A stretch of DNA of 64,000 bases from Gammaproteobacteria bacterium (GCA_947452065.1 CANGBB010000005.1:12820-76819), one strand, 5' to 3'. Counted from the stretch's first letter, positions 1 to 10,628 are shown. Numbers and translations are program-made. Notes: generated from the sequence alone by a model not told the origin.

Positions 1-1
1 G

Positions 2-1564
2 GCGACGCTCGGCCCCAAGGGCCGCAATGCGGTGCTCGACAAGAGCTTCGGCGCCCCGACCGTCACCAAGGACGGCGTCTCGGTCGCGAAGGAAATCGAG
101 CTGAAGGACAAGTTTGAGAACATGGGCGCGCAGATGGTGAAGGAAGTCGCTTCCAACACCAGCGATGAGGCCGGCGACGGCACCACCACTGCCACCGTGC
201 TCGCGCAGGCGATCATTCGCGAAGGCCTGAAGGCCGTGACCTCGGGCCGCAACCCGATGGACATCAAGCGCGGTATCGACAAGGGCGTCATCGCGGCGAC
301 TGAAGAGCTGAAGAAGCTCTCCAAGCCCTGCAAGGACACCAAGGCCATCGCGCAGGTCGGCACGATCAGTGCGAACAGCGACGACTCGATCGGCAAGACC
401 ATTGCCGAGGCGATGGAAAAGGTCGGCAAGGAAGGCGTGATCACCGTTGAGGAAGGCTCGGGCCTGGCCAACGAGCTGGATGTCGTGGAAGGCATGCAGT
501 TTGATCGCGGCTACCTCTCGCCGTACTTCATCAACAACCAGGCCAACCAGACCACTGAGCTGGACAAGCCGTACATCCTGCTGGTCGACAAGAAGATCTC
601 GAACATCCGCGAGATGCTGCCGGTGCTGGAAGGTGTGGCGAAGGCCGGCCGTCCGCTGCTGGTGATCGCCGAGGACGTGGAAGGCGAGGCGCTGGCCACG
701 CTGGTGGTCAACAACATTCGCGGCATCCTCAAGGTCGCAGCCGTCAAGGCTCCGGGCTTCGGTGATCGTCGCAAGGCCATGCTGCAGGACATCGCTGTCC
801 TGACGGGCGGCACCGTGATCTCTGATGAGGTCGGTCTGCAGCTCGAGAAGGCCACGCTGAACGATCTGGGCGAGGCCAAGAAGGTCGTCGTCGAGAAGGA
901 AAACAGCACCATCATCGACGGCGCCGGCAAGGCGTCGGACATCAAGGGTCGTGTCGAGACTATCCGCCAGCAGGTGGAAGAAGCGACCAGCGACTACGAC
1001 AAGGAAAAGCTGCAGGAGCGTGTTGCCAAGCTCTCCGGCGGTGTGGCGGTCATCAAGGTCGGTGCCGCAACCGAAGTCGAGATGAAGGAAAAGAAGGCCC
1101 GCGTCGAAGACGCTCTGCACGCCACGCGTGCGGCGGTCGAAGAGGGTGTGGTGCCGGGCGGCGGCGTTGCGCTGATCCGCGCGCAGAAGGCGCTGAACAA
1201 CCTCGAGGGTGCGAATGAAGACCAGACGGTCGGCATCGCGATCCTGCGTCGTGCCATCGAAGAGCCGCTTCGTCAGATCGTGGAGAACGCCGGTGATGAC
1301 GCCGCCGTGATCCTCAATCAGGTGAAGGCTGGCAAGGGTTCATACGGCTACAACGCGGCCACCGGTGAGTTCGGTGACATGCTGGAAGCCGGCATTCTGG
1401 ATCCGACCAAGGTGACGCGCCTGGCGCTGCAGAACTCGGCCTCCGTGGCCGGTCTCCTGCTGACGACCGAGGTGATGATTGCCGAGGCGCCGAAGGACGA
1501 AGAGCACAGCCACGGTGGTGGTGGCGGTGGCATGCCCGGTGGCATGGGCGGCATGGACATGTAA
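2..1564 (+). CDS. groL: Chaperonin GroEL (Cpn60), 5' end cut by window edge
   Basis: Frame is open back to base 2 ([34 protein letters not shown]). Colinear with GroEL, including [25 protein letters not shown] and the C-terminal Gly-Met tail [16 protein letters not shown]. Confidence 0.98.
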   Translation, partial: ATLGPKGRNAVLDKSFGAPTVTKDGVSVAKEIELKDKFENMGAQMVKEVASNTSDEAGDGTTTATVLAQAIIREGLKAVTSGRNPMDIKRGIDKGVIAATEELKKLSKPCKDTKAIAQVGTISANSDDSIGKTIAEAMEKVGKEGVITVEEGSGLANELDVVEGMQFDRGYLSPYFINNQANQTTELDKPYILLVDKKISNIREMLPVLEGVAKAGRPLLVIAEDVEGEALATLVVNNIRGILKVAAVKAPGFGDRRKAMLQDIAVLTGGTVISDEVGLQLEKATLNDLGEAKKVVVEKENSTIIDGAGKASDIKGRVETIRQQVEEATSDYDKEKLQERVAKLSGGVAVIKVGAATEVEMKEKKARVEDALHATRAAVEEGVVPGGGVALIRAQKALNNLEGANEDQTVGIAILRRAIEEPLRQIVENAGDDAAVILNQVKAGKGSYGYNAATGEFGDMLEAGILDPTKVTRLALQNSASVAGLLLTTEVMIAEAPKDEEHSHGGGGGGMPGGMGGMDM

Positions 1565-1638
1565 GAGGCGTAAGCCTCGACAGCGCGCAAGCGCTGCGTG
1601 TCCAGCGGCGCCGGTGATACGGCGTCGCGGTTTGAAAG

Positions 1639-1675
1639 AAACCCCCGGTCGGAAACGGCCGGGGGTTTTCTTTTT
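1639..1675 (+). terminator. Rho-independent terminator of groEL
   Basis: Stem CCCCCGG (1642-1648) pairs with CCGGGGG (1659-1665), extended by AAA/TTT and followed by TTTTCTTTTT. Confidence 0.85.
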
Positions 1676-1811
1676 ATAAAGCGCTTTTTCTCAACGACGC
1701 GGCACCGCCTTAGCGGCCGCGCGCACACGTCGATTCGATAGACAATTCTTGACTGACGTTGATCAGTCGCTCGGGCATTTTTTGAGGCCTCTCAGCACAG
1801 AAGATAGGCTT

Positions 1812-3251
1812 ATGAAACATCGTTACCTCGTGGCACTGGCCGTACTTGCCATCAGCGGCATGGGTCTGAAGATGACGGCACTCATGCCCACCGCCAGTGC
1901 GGCGGCCAGCACACCGGCAGCAGCACCCCCCAACTTCATCGTCATTTTTGGCGAGGGTGCGGGTTGGGTCAGCACCTCGGTGCAGATGGATGATCGCAAT
2001 CCCGCTTCGAAGGGTACCGGCGTTCGTACTCCGAGCCTCGAGCGGCTTGCCACTACGGGTATGCGCTTCTCCGACGGCTATGCGGCTTCGCCCCGATGCA
2101 CGCCTTCGCGCGCCGCGCTGCTTACGGGCCGTAGTCCCGCGGCCTTGCACATGACGGTGGTCGGTGCGGGTGAGGGTGGCAACGGTGGAAAGGGTGGTGC
2201 GGCCACCACTCGTGTCATTCCTGCGCAGTACACAACAGAACTGCCTCTGAACGAAACCACCATCGCAGAGTTGCTGAAGCGCTCTGGTTACGCGACGGCG
2301 CACTTTGGCAAGTGGCATCTGGGGAAGGCGAATCCTTCGCAGCATGGCTTCGATGAAAGTGATGGTCCGACCAGCAATGGCGGCCCGGAGAATGTCAGCG
2401 ATCCGAATCCTAAACAGGCACTGGCCATGGCCGCGGAACTGATCGGTTTCATGGAGCGGCAGGTCAAAGCCGGCAAGCCGTTCTACGCGCAGATGTCCGA
2501 GTATCCGAACCAGAGCCGCAAGGGTCCCGAGGAACTCGATGAGGAGAGCCGCATCATCGACAGCACCATCGGTCAGGTCTTGGATGCCGTTGAGAAGCTT
2601 GGCATCAAGGGCAACACCTACATCGTCTACACCACGGACCACGGCACGCAGGGCAAGAATGGCGTGCTCGCCGGTGGCAAGGGTGATGTTTTGGAGGGTG
2701 GTATCCGCGTTCCATTCCTGGTGTCGGGTCCGGGCGTAAAGGGCAATGCCGTTTCGCACGTGCGCGTCAGTGCAACCGATCTGTTCCCGACCTTCGCTGC
2801 GTTGGCCGGCGTGAAGGAGCCGCTGCCCAAGCTGGTCGAAGGTGGCAGCCTGGTGCCGGTGCTGAGCGGTGGTGGTGTGGGTACGGTGCAGCGTCCCCGC
2901 GAGGAGTTTGTGGTGCACTTCCCGCACTACGACAAGAATCCTCAGGGACCAGCCTCATCCATCCTGCTGGGCGATTACAAGCTGACTCACCTGTATGAGA
3001 CGGGCGAGAATCGGCTGTTCGATCTGACCAAGGATCCGGGCGAGAAGAACGATCTTGCGAAGCAGATGCCGGACCGTGTGGCGCAGCTCGAAACTCGCCT
3101 GAATGACTACCTGAAGGCAGTGAACGCCAGCATGCCTTCGATCAACACGTCTGTTCAGCCCGGCGCCAAGAGTGAAGGCGCCAGCGCCAGTGGCATGGGC
3201 GGCGGAATGGGCGGCGGCGGTGGTATGGCCGGCGGAATGGCGGCTGAGTAA
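1812..3251 (+). CDS. Exported Cys-type sulfatase (arylsulfatase family) with an unusual Gly-Met-rich C-terminal tail
   Basis: Sulfatase signature CTPSRAALLTGR and a later GKWHLG motif. Signal peptide MKHRYLVALAVLAISGMGL starts at the ATG at 1812. The track start at 1749 adds a non-signal extension. Confidence 0.88.
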   Translation: MKHRYLVALAVLAISGMGLKMTALMPTASAAASTPAAAPPNFIVIFGEGAGWVSTSVQMDDRNPASKGTGVRTPSLERLATTGMRFSDGYAASPRCTPSRAALLTGRSPAALHMTVVGAGEGGNGGKGGAATTRVIPAQYTTELPLNETTIAELLKRSGYATAHFGKWHLGKANPSQHGFDESDGPTSNGGPENVSDPNPKQALAMAAELIGFMERQVKAGKPFYAQMSEYPNQSRKGPEELDEESRIIDSTIGQVLDAVEKLGIKGNTYIVYTTDHGTQGKNGVLAGGKGDVLEGGIRVPFLVSGPGVKGNAVSHVRVSATDLFPTFAALAGVKEPLPKLVEGGSLVPVLSGGGVGTVQRPREEFVVHFPHYDKNPQGPASSILLGDYKLTHLYETGENRLFDLTKDPGEKNDLAKQMPDRVAQLETRLNDYLKAVNASMPSINTSVQPGAKSEGASASGMGGGMGGGGGMAGGMAAE

Positions 3252-3268
3252 CAACTCGCCACGTGACA

Positions 3269-3300
3269 CCACTGCGCAGCGGTTACTGCGCAGTGGTTTT
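3269..3300. terminator. Hairpin terminator between the convergent sulfatase and rluE genes
   Basis: Perfect 11-bp stem CCACTGCGCAG (3269-3279) pairs with CTGCGCAGTGG (3286-3296), loop CGGTTA, followed by TTTT. Confidence 0.8.
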
Positions 3301-3313
3301 AATCAAAGGCATC

Positions 3314-3871
3314 CTAGCGTCGGTGGGTCAAAACACCGGCGTCGATCTCGCGCCATTCGCCCGGTGCCAGTGTTGCGACATGCACAGGGCCGATGGCGGC
3401 GCGGATCAGGCGCAAGGTTGGGAATCCCACATGTGCGGTCATGCGGCGTACCTGACGGTTCTTGCCCTCGCGCAAAGTCAGTTCGAGCCATGAGGTAGGG
3501 ATGCGGGCACGCCAGCGGATAGGCGGGTCGCGCGGCCAGAGACCGGGTGGTTCGTCGATGCGCCGCGCCTGCGTGGGCAACGTAGTGAACTCGCCCAGAT
3601 CCACGCCCCGTCGCAGCGCTTGGAGAGCTTCATCGGTGAGTTCGCCTTCCACCTGCGACCAGTACACCTTGGGCAGTTTGTGCCGCGGGCTGGCGATGCG
3701 GGCCTGCAATGCACCATCGTCGGTGAGTAGCAACAAGCCTTCGCTGTCCGTATCGAGTCGGCCAGCGGGATAGATGCCGGGTCTATCGATGAAATCGGCG
3801 AGCGTTGGCCGGCCGGGCTCCGGACTGAACTTGCAGACCACACCATAGGGTTTGTTGAAGGCCACCAGCAT
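3314..3871 (-). CDS. rluE: 23S rRNA pseudouridine synthase RluE
   Basis: Colinear with E. coli RluE: [61 protein letters not shown]. Confidence 0.92.
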   Translation of the reverse strand: MLVAFNKPYGVVCKFSPEPGRPTLADFIDRPGIYPAGRLDTDSEGLLLLTDDGALQARIASPRHKLPKVYWSQVEGELTDEALQALRRGVDLGEFTTLPTQARRIDEPPGLWPRDPPIRWRARIPTSWLELTLREGKNRQVRRMTAHVGFPTLRLIRAAIGPVHVATLAPGEWREIDAGVLTHRR

Positions 3872-3982
3872 CGGGTGTGAATGGTAGCAGTGAAGCGCCT
3901 TGCCACGGGCTTGACTCAGCCCGGTGCCTAGAGGACTCTTCCCGCCCAGCCTGTTGACCTTGTTTCTGTAGCGGACGCACTC

Positions 3983-4222
3983 ATGACCGAAAACATCTTT
4001 CCCGATCGTCTCTCTGTCGACCCCAACAGTCGCTGGTATGACGAGAAGCTTCTCTCGCGCAACATCGGTATTCGCCTCAATGGCACCGAGCGTACCAATG
4101 TGGAGGAATACTGCGTCTCGGAGGGCTGGATCCGTGCCACCGTTGGCAAGACACTGGATCGCCGCGGCCGTCCGCTGACCATGCAGTACAAGGGCACGGT
4201 GGAGCCCTTCTTCAAGGACTGA
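3983..4222 (+). CDS. Small conserved protein, DUF3297-like
   Basis: 79-aa ORF with good codon usage in a clean intergenic slot. The sequence ([15 protein letters not shown] ... EGWIRA) resembles the DUF3297 family from memory. Confidence 0.6.
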   Translation: MTENIFPDRLSVDPNSRWYDEKLLSRNIGIRLNGTERTNVEEYCVSEGWIRATVGKTLDRRGRPLTMQYKGTVEPFFKD

Positions 4223-4312
4223 TCAGTCCTCCTCCGTAAACGCAAGTCTTGTTGAGGCAGCGTCCGGTCTGCATAGTTCGCGTCCTGTTTTTCTCATTTG
4301 GTGCCGCGACGC

Positions 4313-6670
4313 ATGCTGCCTCCGATCGAAGTCCGAATTGCCAATGAACTTGGCGTCAAGTCCACTCAGGTCCTCGCGACCGTAGCGCTGCTCGACGAAG
4401 GCGCCACCGTGCCCTTCATTGCCCGCTACCGCAAGGAAGCGACCGGCGGCCTTGATGATGTGCAGCTGCGCTTGCTGGCCGAGCGTCTGGGGTATCTGCG
4501 CGAACTCGAGGAGCGCCGTGCCGCGATCCTGCTGAGCATCGATGAGCAGAAAAAGCTCACGCCGGAGTTGCGTGCCAGCATCGAAGCCGCCGACAGCAAG
4601 CAGCGACTGGAGGATCTCTATCTGCCGTACAAACCCAAGCGGCGGACTAAGGCGCAGATTGCGCGTCAAGCCGGACTCGAGCCCTTGGCTATGGCGCTGC
4701 TGGCAGATCCAACGCTTGATCCGGCGGCGGAAGCAGCCCGATTCCTGCGCGAGCCCTTCAGGCATGACGATTTCGACAACCCGGGCGTTGCCGATGTGAA
4801 GGCGGCGCTTGATGGGGCCCGCCAGATCCTGATGGAGTCCTTTGCTGAAGATGCGGAGTTGTTAGGCCAGCTGCGCTCGCACGTGCAGGATCAGGGCGTG
4901 GTCGTGTCCAAAGTGGTCGACGGCAAGGAAGAGGCCGGTGCCAAGTTCCGCGACTACTTTGAATATTCCGAGCCGCTGCTGAAGGTGCCCTCGCACCGCG
5001 CGCTGGCTTTATTCCGCGGTCGCACCGAGGAGGTGCTGCGCGTCTCGCTGAAGCTGCCAGAGGAACTCGTGGCAGGCGAGGGCGCCGTTGTCAGTGGGCC
5101 GAATTCCTGCGAGATCAAGATTGCCGCACGTCATCGCATTGTCGATCAGGGTCGACCCGCGGATGGCTGGTTACGCGAGACCGTGCGCTGGACCTGGATG
5201 GTGAAGCTGGCGTATCAGCTCGAGGCGGAGATGTTCGTAGCATTACGCGAACGAGCCGAGGCGGAAGCCATCCGCGTCTTTGGTCGCAACCTGCACGACC
5301 TCCTGCTCGCTGCGCCCGCCGGCGCGCGCGTCACGCTCGGCCTGGATCCCGGCATTCGTACCGGTGTGAAAGTGGCTGTGGTGGATGGCACGGGTAAGGT
5401 GGTCGATACTTCGACGGTCTATCCGTTTCCACCCCGTAATGATCTCGAGGGCGCGCTGCATACGCTCGCACAGCTGGTGCGCAAGCACGGCGTGCAGCTG
5501 ATTGGCATTGGCAATGGCACCGCATCGCGCGAGACCGATCGTCTCGCGGCCGAATTGGTGAAGCGCTGTCCGGAGCAGCGCCTGACCAAGGTGGTGGTGT
5601 CTGAAGCCGGCGCATCGGTTTATTCTGCATCGGAGCTTGCTTCGAAAGAGCTGCCCACACTTGATGTGAGTCTGCGTGGAGCGGTTTCGATTGCGCGCCG
5701 CCTGCAGGATCCGCTGGCCGAACTGGTAAAGATCGATCCGAAGTCGATCGGTGTGGGCCAGTATCAGCATGACGTGAGCCAGACGCGACTCGCTCGATCG
5801 CTCGATGCAGTCGTCGAAGACTGTGTGAATGCGGTGGGCGTGGACGTGAACACGGCATCGCCGGCGCTGCTGACGCGTGTCTCCGGATTGGGTGCAACGT
5901 TGGCCGAGAACATCGTTGCTTTCCGCAACGAGCATGGCGCATTCCGCGATCGTGCAGCGCTGAAGCAGGTGCCGCGGTTGGGTCCGAAGGCCTATGAGCA
6001 GGCTGCGGGCTTTCTACGCATTGTCGATGGCGACAATCCGCTCGACGCCTCCGCCGTGCATCCCGAGTCGTATCGCGTCATCGAGAAGGTTCTCGTCGAT
6101 GTGAAGCGCCCGCTGAAGGAGGTGATGGGTGATTCGCCTTCGCTGTCCAAGCTCGATCCTACCCGCTACACGGACGAGCGCTTCGGTCTGCCGACGGTCC
6201 GTGACATTCTCAAGGAGTTGGAGAAGCCTGGTCGCGATCCGCGTCCTGAGTTTCGTACCGCTGCCTTCAAGGACGGTGTCGAGGATCTGAAGGATCTACA
6301 GCCCGGCATGATGCTTGAGGGCGTGGTGACCAACGTCACCAATTTTGGCGCCTTCGTCGATGTGGGAGTGCATCAGGACGGATTGGTCCACATTTCAATG
6401 CTCTCGAACCGCTTCGTGAAAGATCCGCACGAAGTGGTCAAGGCTGGCGATGTGGTCGCCGTGAAGGTGCTGGAGGTGGATGTGGCACGCAAGCGCATTG
6501 CATTGACGATGCGACTCGAGGACGCCACGCCGCGCGGTCGTGCTCCGGAGCAGCAGCGTGATGCGCCCCGCGGTCGCGATCAGCGCGCTCCCCGTCCGGC
6601 AGCAAGGGCGGCGGAACCCCGCGGCAATGGAATGATGGCGGATGCGCTGCGACAGGCTCTGAAGCGCTGA
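4313..6670 (+). CDS. tex: Transcription accessory protein Tex (S1 RNA-binding domain protein)
   Basis: [25 protein letters not shown]-terminus, a YqgF/RuvC-like middle, HhH region and C-terminal S1 domain ([31 protein letters not shown]). The ATG at 4313 is preferred over the TTG at 4298. Confidence 0.95.
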   Translation: MLPPIEVRIANELGVKSTQVLATVALLDEGATVPFIARYRKEATGGLDDVQLRLLAERLGYLRELEERRAAILLSIDEQKKLTPELRASIEAADSKQRLEDLYLPYKPKRRTKAQIARQAGLEPLAMALLADPTLDPAAEAARFLREPFRHDDFDNPGVADVKAALDGARQILMESFAEDAELLGQLRSHVQDQGVVVSKVVDGKEEAGAKFRDYFEYSEPLLKVPSHRALALFRGRTEEVLRVSLKLPEELVAGEGAVVSGPNSCEIKIAARHRIVDQGRPADGWLRETVRWTWMVKLAYQLEAEMFVALRERAEAEAIRVFGRNLHDLLLAAPAGARVTLGLDPGIRTGVKVAVVDGTGKVVDTSTVYPFPPRNDLEGALHTLAQLVRKHGVQLIGIGNGTASRETDRLAAELVKRCPEQRLTKVVVSEAGASVYSASELASKELPTLDVSLRGAVSIARRLQDPLAELVKIDPKSIGVGQYQHDVSQTRLARSLDAVVEDCVNAVGVDVNTASPALLTRVSGLGATLAENIVAFRNEHGAFRDRAALKQVPRLGPKAYEQAAGFLRIVDGDNPLDASAVHPESYRVIEKVLVDVKRPLKEVMGDSPSLSKLDPTRYTDERFGLPTVRDILKELEKPGRDPRPEFRTAAFKDGVEDLKDLQPGMMLEGVVTNVTNFGAFVDVGVHQDGLVHISMLSNRFVKDPHEVVKAGDVVAVKVLEVDVARKRIALTMRLEDATPRGRAPEQQRDAPRGRDQRAPRPAARAAEPRGNGMMADALRQALKR

Positions 6671-6681
6671 CGCCAACGCGA

Positions 6682-7647
6682 TCAGCGTGCGGACACCGTC
6701 ACCGGTAACGTGGCTGTGGCGACTACACCGTTGCCATCGACGGCATGGATACTGAGCATGAAATTGCCGGTCACAGCCGATGGCCAGCTGCCTTCCGGCG
6801 CGCCGAAGCTCATTGACACCACGCCTGGTCCCATTGAGTTCGCCAGCAGGACGGCTCTCACCAGGCTGCCGACAGACGTGTCAGCAGCCTCGATCAGAAC
6901 GATACGCGCCAAGGGAGCGGTGGCATGAGCCCACTGTACGTCCAGAGCGATTTCCGTTGCCCAGCTGGCGTCGTACTCCGGTGGCGTCGAGCTGAACATG
7001 TTTGACTCGGAGCCGTAAACAATCGAAAAGGTGCAGCCATCTTTTGGTGCTGGGGCCAAAGGGAGCGCGGCAATGTTTGTGATCGGTACGGTCGTGCAGC
7101 CAGGCAAGCCAAACTTCTGGTTGAAGGCCGCCAACTCTTCCACCACATTGGGATCATGGTAGGCATCGACGATGTAAAGAGTCTGTCCGGCACCCAGCTG
7201 AGCGGCCTGCGCATTGGTCAGCGCTACGCCGGGAGCCGGTAAGGCCGAGAGTCCGTAGGCGGCACGAATCTGCGCCGGTGTATAGGTGGCCACCGTTGAA
7301 CCCGTGGCAAATGGTGTGACCTCAAGGCCTTTGGCCGACTGTACTTGTTGCCGCATCGGGATGACCCCGTTGCTGCGGGTCGAGTCCATCTCTTGCCGGG
7401 TCAATCTCTTTGAAGAAAGGCCCGCCAGTTCGTGTCCGACGCGCTGTTCATGTGGGGCCCGATATGCCGAGTTGGTGGGATCGACACTGTCCGTGGAATC
7501 GGGGGCATCGAGGATGATGGGTGCGGCGTGGAAGGCTGCCGTCACATTGACGTTTGGGTTGTCTCCGACGTTTGGTGGGGCGGCGCCATCGGAGACCGTC
7601 GGAACTCCGACATCCTGGATGGGCTGGGTGGTGATCTCGTAACTCAC
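6682..7647 (-). CDS. S53 (sedolisin)-family peptidase-like protein lacking the Ser-nucleophile half; possible gene remnant
   Basis: TPAQIRAAYG, GAGQTLYIVDAYHDPNVVEELAAFNQKFGLPGC, WATEIALDVQWAHATAP and VVSMSFGAPEGSW match the first half of the sedolisin catalytic domain. No SGTS motif follows. The ORF jumps to a short beta-rich tail and stops. No signal peptide. Confidence 0.5.
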   Translation of the reverse strand: MSYEITTQPIQDVGVPTVSDGAAPPNVGDNPNVNVTAAFHAAPIILDAPDSTDSVDPTNSAYRAPHEQRVGHELAGLSSKRLTRQEMDSTRSNGVIPMRQQVQSAKGLEVTPFATGSTVATYTPAQIRAAYGLSALPAPGVALTNAQAAQLGAGQTLYIVDAYHDPNVVEELAAFNQKFGLPGCTTVPITNIAALPLAPAPKDGCTFSIVYGSESNMFSSTPPEYDASWATEIALDVQWAHATAPLARIVLIEAADTSVGSLVRAVLLANSMGPGVVSMSFGAPEGSWPSAVTGNFMLSIHAVDGNGVVATATLPVTVSAR

Positions 7648-7894
7648 CGTGGTCGTTTCATGTCTATAGTCAGAGTTGGACTGATCCTGCGGCGTGATCG
7701 AATTGAAACAGCGGCGGCCTCGGCACTCAATGGCACCGCACTATTTGCTGCTGGAATTGTGAACTGCCGCCAATCCAAGTCACATTTTTCAGTGAGAAAT
7801 CGGATTCGCGAGCATGCGGCATGAGCTCGGCACCGCTCAGAATCCCGTTTCTGAAGTGCGGTTCACCAGCACGATGAACTACTATGGGTACGCC

Positions 7895-8503
7895 ATGAAT
7901 GCGAAAAAGACTGTGCTTTTCCTGATCACATTCACTGTTTTGGGGGTGAGTGGCTGCGGCACGAGATCTCAGGAATCTGTCGACAAGTCAGGCGATGCTG
8001 CGCAGTGTCGTCAGCAGGTGCTGCGACTCGACGGGTTGGTGATCGATACCAGCGACTGTGGTTACGCCACCGGGCACTGGCGCGTGGAAGTCGAGCCGAC
8101 GCTGCCCGGCCTTGCGCTATGGCGGGACGCGGAGCGCATCGATACGGTCGTGCAACTCTTCACCAAGACGCCAACGGAAGAGATCGCGGCCATCCTGCCG
8201 GCCTTGCGCTCGCGCGGCTACATTCCGGATGACGATGACTGTCGTTTCGTGCCCGCGGAAGTGCGACCGATGGTGCGCACGATCGCACTGTTTGAGATCC
8301 GGCCCTTTGGTGCGCGTCTGCAGCGGTTGCAGGCCACGCCAGTGGACGAAGTTCCTGATCCGCCCTGCGGTGCGATGGGCTGGTCCACCCACGGCTTGCG
8401 CTATTTCATGACCGATCTACGTCGACCCGATCGCGTGGTCTACATCAACGAGGGACAGGACGGCACGCAGATTGATCCGCGTAGCATCCGCTGGGAGCAG
8501 TGA
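7895..8503 (+). CDS. Hypothetical lipoprotein
   Basis: Lipobox MNAKKTVLFLITFTVLGVSGC at the ATG at 7895. No recognisable domain. Confidence 0.6.
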   Translation: MNAKKTVLFLITFTVLGVSGCGTRSQESVDKSGDAAQCRQQVLRLDGLVIDTSDCGYATGHWRVEVEPTLPGLALWRDAERIDTVVQLFTKTPTEEIAAILPALRSRGYIPDDDDCRFVPAEVRPMVRTIALFEIRPFGARLQRLQATPVDEVPDPPCGAMGWSTHGLRYFMTDLRRPDRVVYINEGQDGTQIDPRSIRWEQ

Positions 8504-8516
8504 GCTGCGCGACTGT

Positions 8517-8993
8517 CTAGCAGGAGCCGCCAGTGGTTCCGGCACACGGTGACGTGGCTTTGTAATTGCCGCCGTAGTTACCGGTGATGGTCAGCCATTC
8601 GTGCGCGTCGTCCCAAAGGACCGTGACTGCGCCGACTACACTTCCGCCCTGCATCAGCTGATAGACGGATTTGGGCGGTGCGCCGACGGTGAAGACGATA
8701 GGCTCCTCAGCGCGCTGCTCATTCCTGCTCTGGCAGGGCAGCGAGGCCGTTGGAGTCGGTGTTGTGGTCACCAGCAAGCAGGCTTTGCCCTTGCTCGCAT
8801 CACTTAACGCAAACCGCAGCGTGCAGTGATACTCCATGTGCGATTCCTCATAGGCACCGTCCGGTGGCTTGACGGCCTTGCACTGGTCGATCGCGATATA
8901 GGTATCCGGCTTGTCAGGCGTCTGCGCTTCGGCTCCGTTGGCACACAGCAGTGCTGCGGCGCTGCAAAACATTCCCATGAACCTGAGCATCAC
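8517..8993 (-). CDS. Hypothetical secreted Cys-containing protein
   Basis: Sec signal MMLRFMGMFCSAAALLCANGAEA, several Cys spread along the chain, no recognisable domain. Confidence 0.55.
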   Translation of the reverse strand: MMLRFMGMFCSAAALLCANGAEAQTPDKPDTYIAIDQCKAVKPPDGAYEESHMEYHCTLRFALSDASKGKACLLVTTTPTPTASLPCQSRNEQRAEEPIVFTVGAPPKSVYQLMQGGSVVGAVTVLWDDAHEWLTITGNYGGNYKATSPCAGTTGGSC

Positions 8994-9065
8994 GCATTCT
9001 CCTCAGCTATCCAGCGCATTGATCGGCTGTCGAGGTCGGAATCTTATCGCAATGTCGCGGCTGTT

Positions 9066-9087
9066 GGCCGCGATCCGGATCGCGGCC
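9066..9087. promoter_or_regulatory. 22-nt perfect palindrome in a divergent promoter region (candidate operator)
   Basis: GGCCGCGATCCGGATCGCGGCC equals its own reverse complement. It lies between the starts of the 8993(-) and 9141(+) genes. Confidence 0.35.
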
Positions 9088-9140
9088 ATAATCGCAGCGG
9101 CTCGCATTCCCCCGATCCCATCTGGAAGAGGCTCGCCCGC

Positions 9141-10628
9141 ATGAAAAAGCTGAGTGTTTCCCTGGTAGCGATGGTTGCGCTGGCAGCATCGGCGGCGCGC
9201 GCTCAGGACGCCCGGTCCATCCTCGATTCGGCGGCCCGAGCGCTCGGTACGGCCAACCTCCGGACACTGGAATTTTCCGGTCGTGGCTCGGACTACATCT
9301 TCGGTCAGCCCTATGACGCGGTTTCCCAATGGCCGCGCTTTGCGGTGCCGTCGTTGACCATGACGATGGATTTTGCAGCGCCCGCCATGCGCGATGAACG
9401 CCGACGGCAGCAGGCGCAGAACCCACCGCTCGGTGGTGGTTTCCAGCCGTTGGTTGGCGAGTTGCGTCAAGTCTGGCTGGCCAGCGGCAACTTTGCCTGG
9501 GATATCGTCGGTACGAATTCGGTGCCAGCATCTCCCGAGCGCGACTTCCGCTCAGCCGTTCAAGGTCGTCTGACACAGATCTGGCTCACACCGCAGGGCT
9601 TCGTCAAGGCGGCATTGGCCGCTCCGGGTGGCGTCACGGCGCGGCCGCTCGATGTGGGTAGGGCCAAGAAGACGATCATCTCCTTCGTGGCACCCAACAA
9701 GATCCGCCTCGAGGGAGTCATTAACGCGCAGGGCTTGGTCGAACGAATCGAGACATCTTTCGGTAGCCCGATGTTGGGCGATACCAGACTTGAGGCCGTC
9801 TTCAGTGATTACCGTGATTTCAGCGGCATCCGCTTCCCGTCGCACATCGTCCAGCGCAACGGCGGCTATCCGACGCTTGATCTCACCGTGCTCGAGGTCA
9901 AGCCGAACCTACCCGTGGCCATCGAAGTGCCGCCGAGCATTCGTCAGGCCACACCGAGCGCTGCAGCGCTGCAGGGCGAGAAAATTGCCGATGGCGTGTG
10001 GATATTCCCGGGGCTCGTGAAATCAGTGGCCATCGAAATGAACGATCAGGTGGTAGTGGTCGAGGCGCCGGAAAACGAGGCGCGCTCGCTGGCGGTCATC
10101 GATGCGGTCAGGCGGGCGATTCCCGGCAAGCCGATCCGCAGGGTGATCAATACGCATCATCACTTCGATCACTCCGGCGGATTGCGGACCTATGCCGCTG
10201 AGGGCGCTGTGATCATCACGCATCAATCTAACATCGCGTTCTTCGAGAACGCTTGGCGCGCGTCCCGGACCCTTGAGCCGGATCGTTTGGCGATATCTGG
10301 CAAGACCGCCGTCTTCGAGGGCGTCACCGGCAACCGTGTTCTCACTGACGGCAGCCGCGAAATCGATATTTATCACTACGCCGGCAACATGCATAACGTC
10401 GGCATGCTGATGGTCTACCTGCCGCGCGAGCGGTTGCTGATCGAGGCCGATTCTTGGACGCCGCCGGCCACGCTTGGTGATGTGCCGGGAAGTGTGCCGA
10501 ATCTGGTGCACTTCTACGACGCAGTGCAGCGTCTGCAGCTCGACGTCGACCAGGTGGTGCCCATCCACGGTCGGCTGACGACCTTCGAGGAAGTCCGTCG
10601 TGCCGTGGAAACCTTCGGTAAAAGTTAG
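9141..10628 (+). CDS. Exported MBL-fold metallo-hydrolase
   Basis: HxHxDH motif INTHHHFDHSGG. Sec signal MKKLSVSLVAMVALAASAARA at the ATG at 9141. The longer track ORF starting at 8826 overlaps the neighbouring gene. Confidence 0.85.
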   Translation: MKKLSVSLVAMVALAASAARAQDARSILDSAARALGTANLRTLEFSGRGSDYIFGQPYDAVSQWPRFAVPSLTMTMDFAAPAMRDERRRQQAQNPPLGGGFQPLVGELRQVWLASGNFAWDIVGTNSVPASPERDFRSAVQGRLTQIWLTPQGFVKAALAAPGGVTARPLDVGRAKKTIISFVAPNKIRLEGVINAQGLVERIETSFGSPMLGDTRLEAVFSDYRDFSGIRFPSHIVQRNGGYPTLDLTVLEVKPNLPVAIEVPPSIRQATPSAAALQGEKIADGVWIFPGLVKSVAIEMNDQVVVVEAPENEARSLAVIDAVRRAIPGKPIRRVINTHHHFDHSGGLRTYAAEGAVIITHQSNIAFFENAWRASRTLEPDRLAISGKTAVFEGVTGNRVLTDGSREIDIYHYAGNMHNVGMLMVYLPRERLLIEADSWTPPATLGDVPGSVPNLVHFYDAVQRLQLDVDQVVPIHGRLTTFEEVRRAVETFGKS

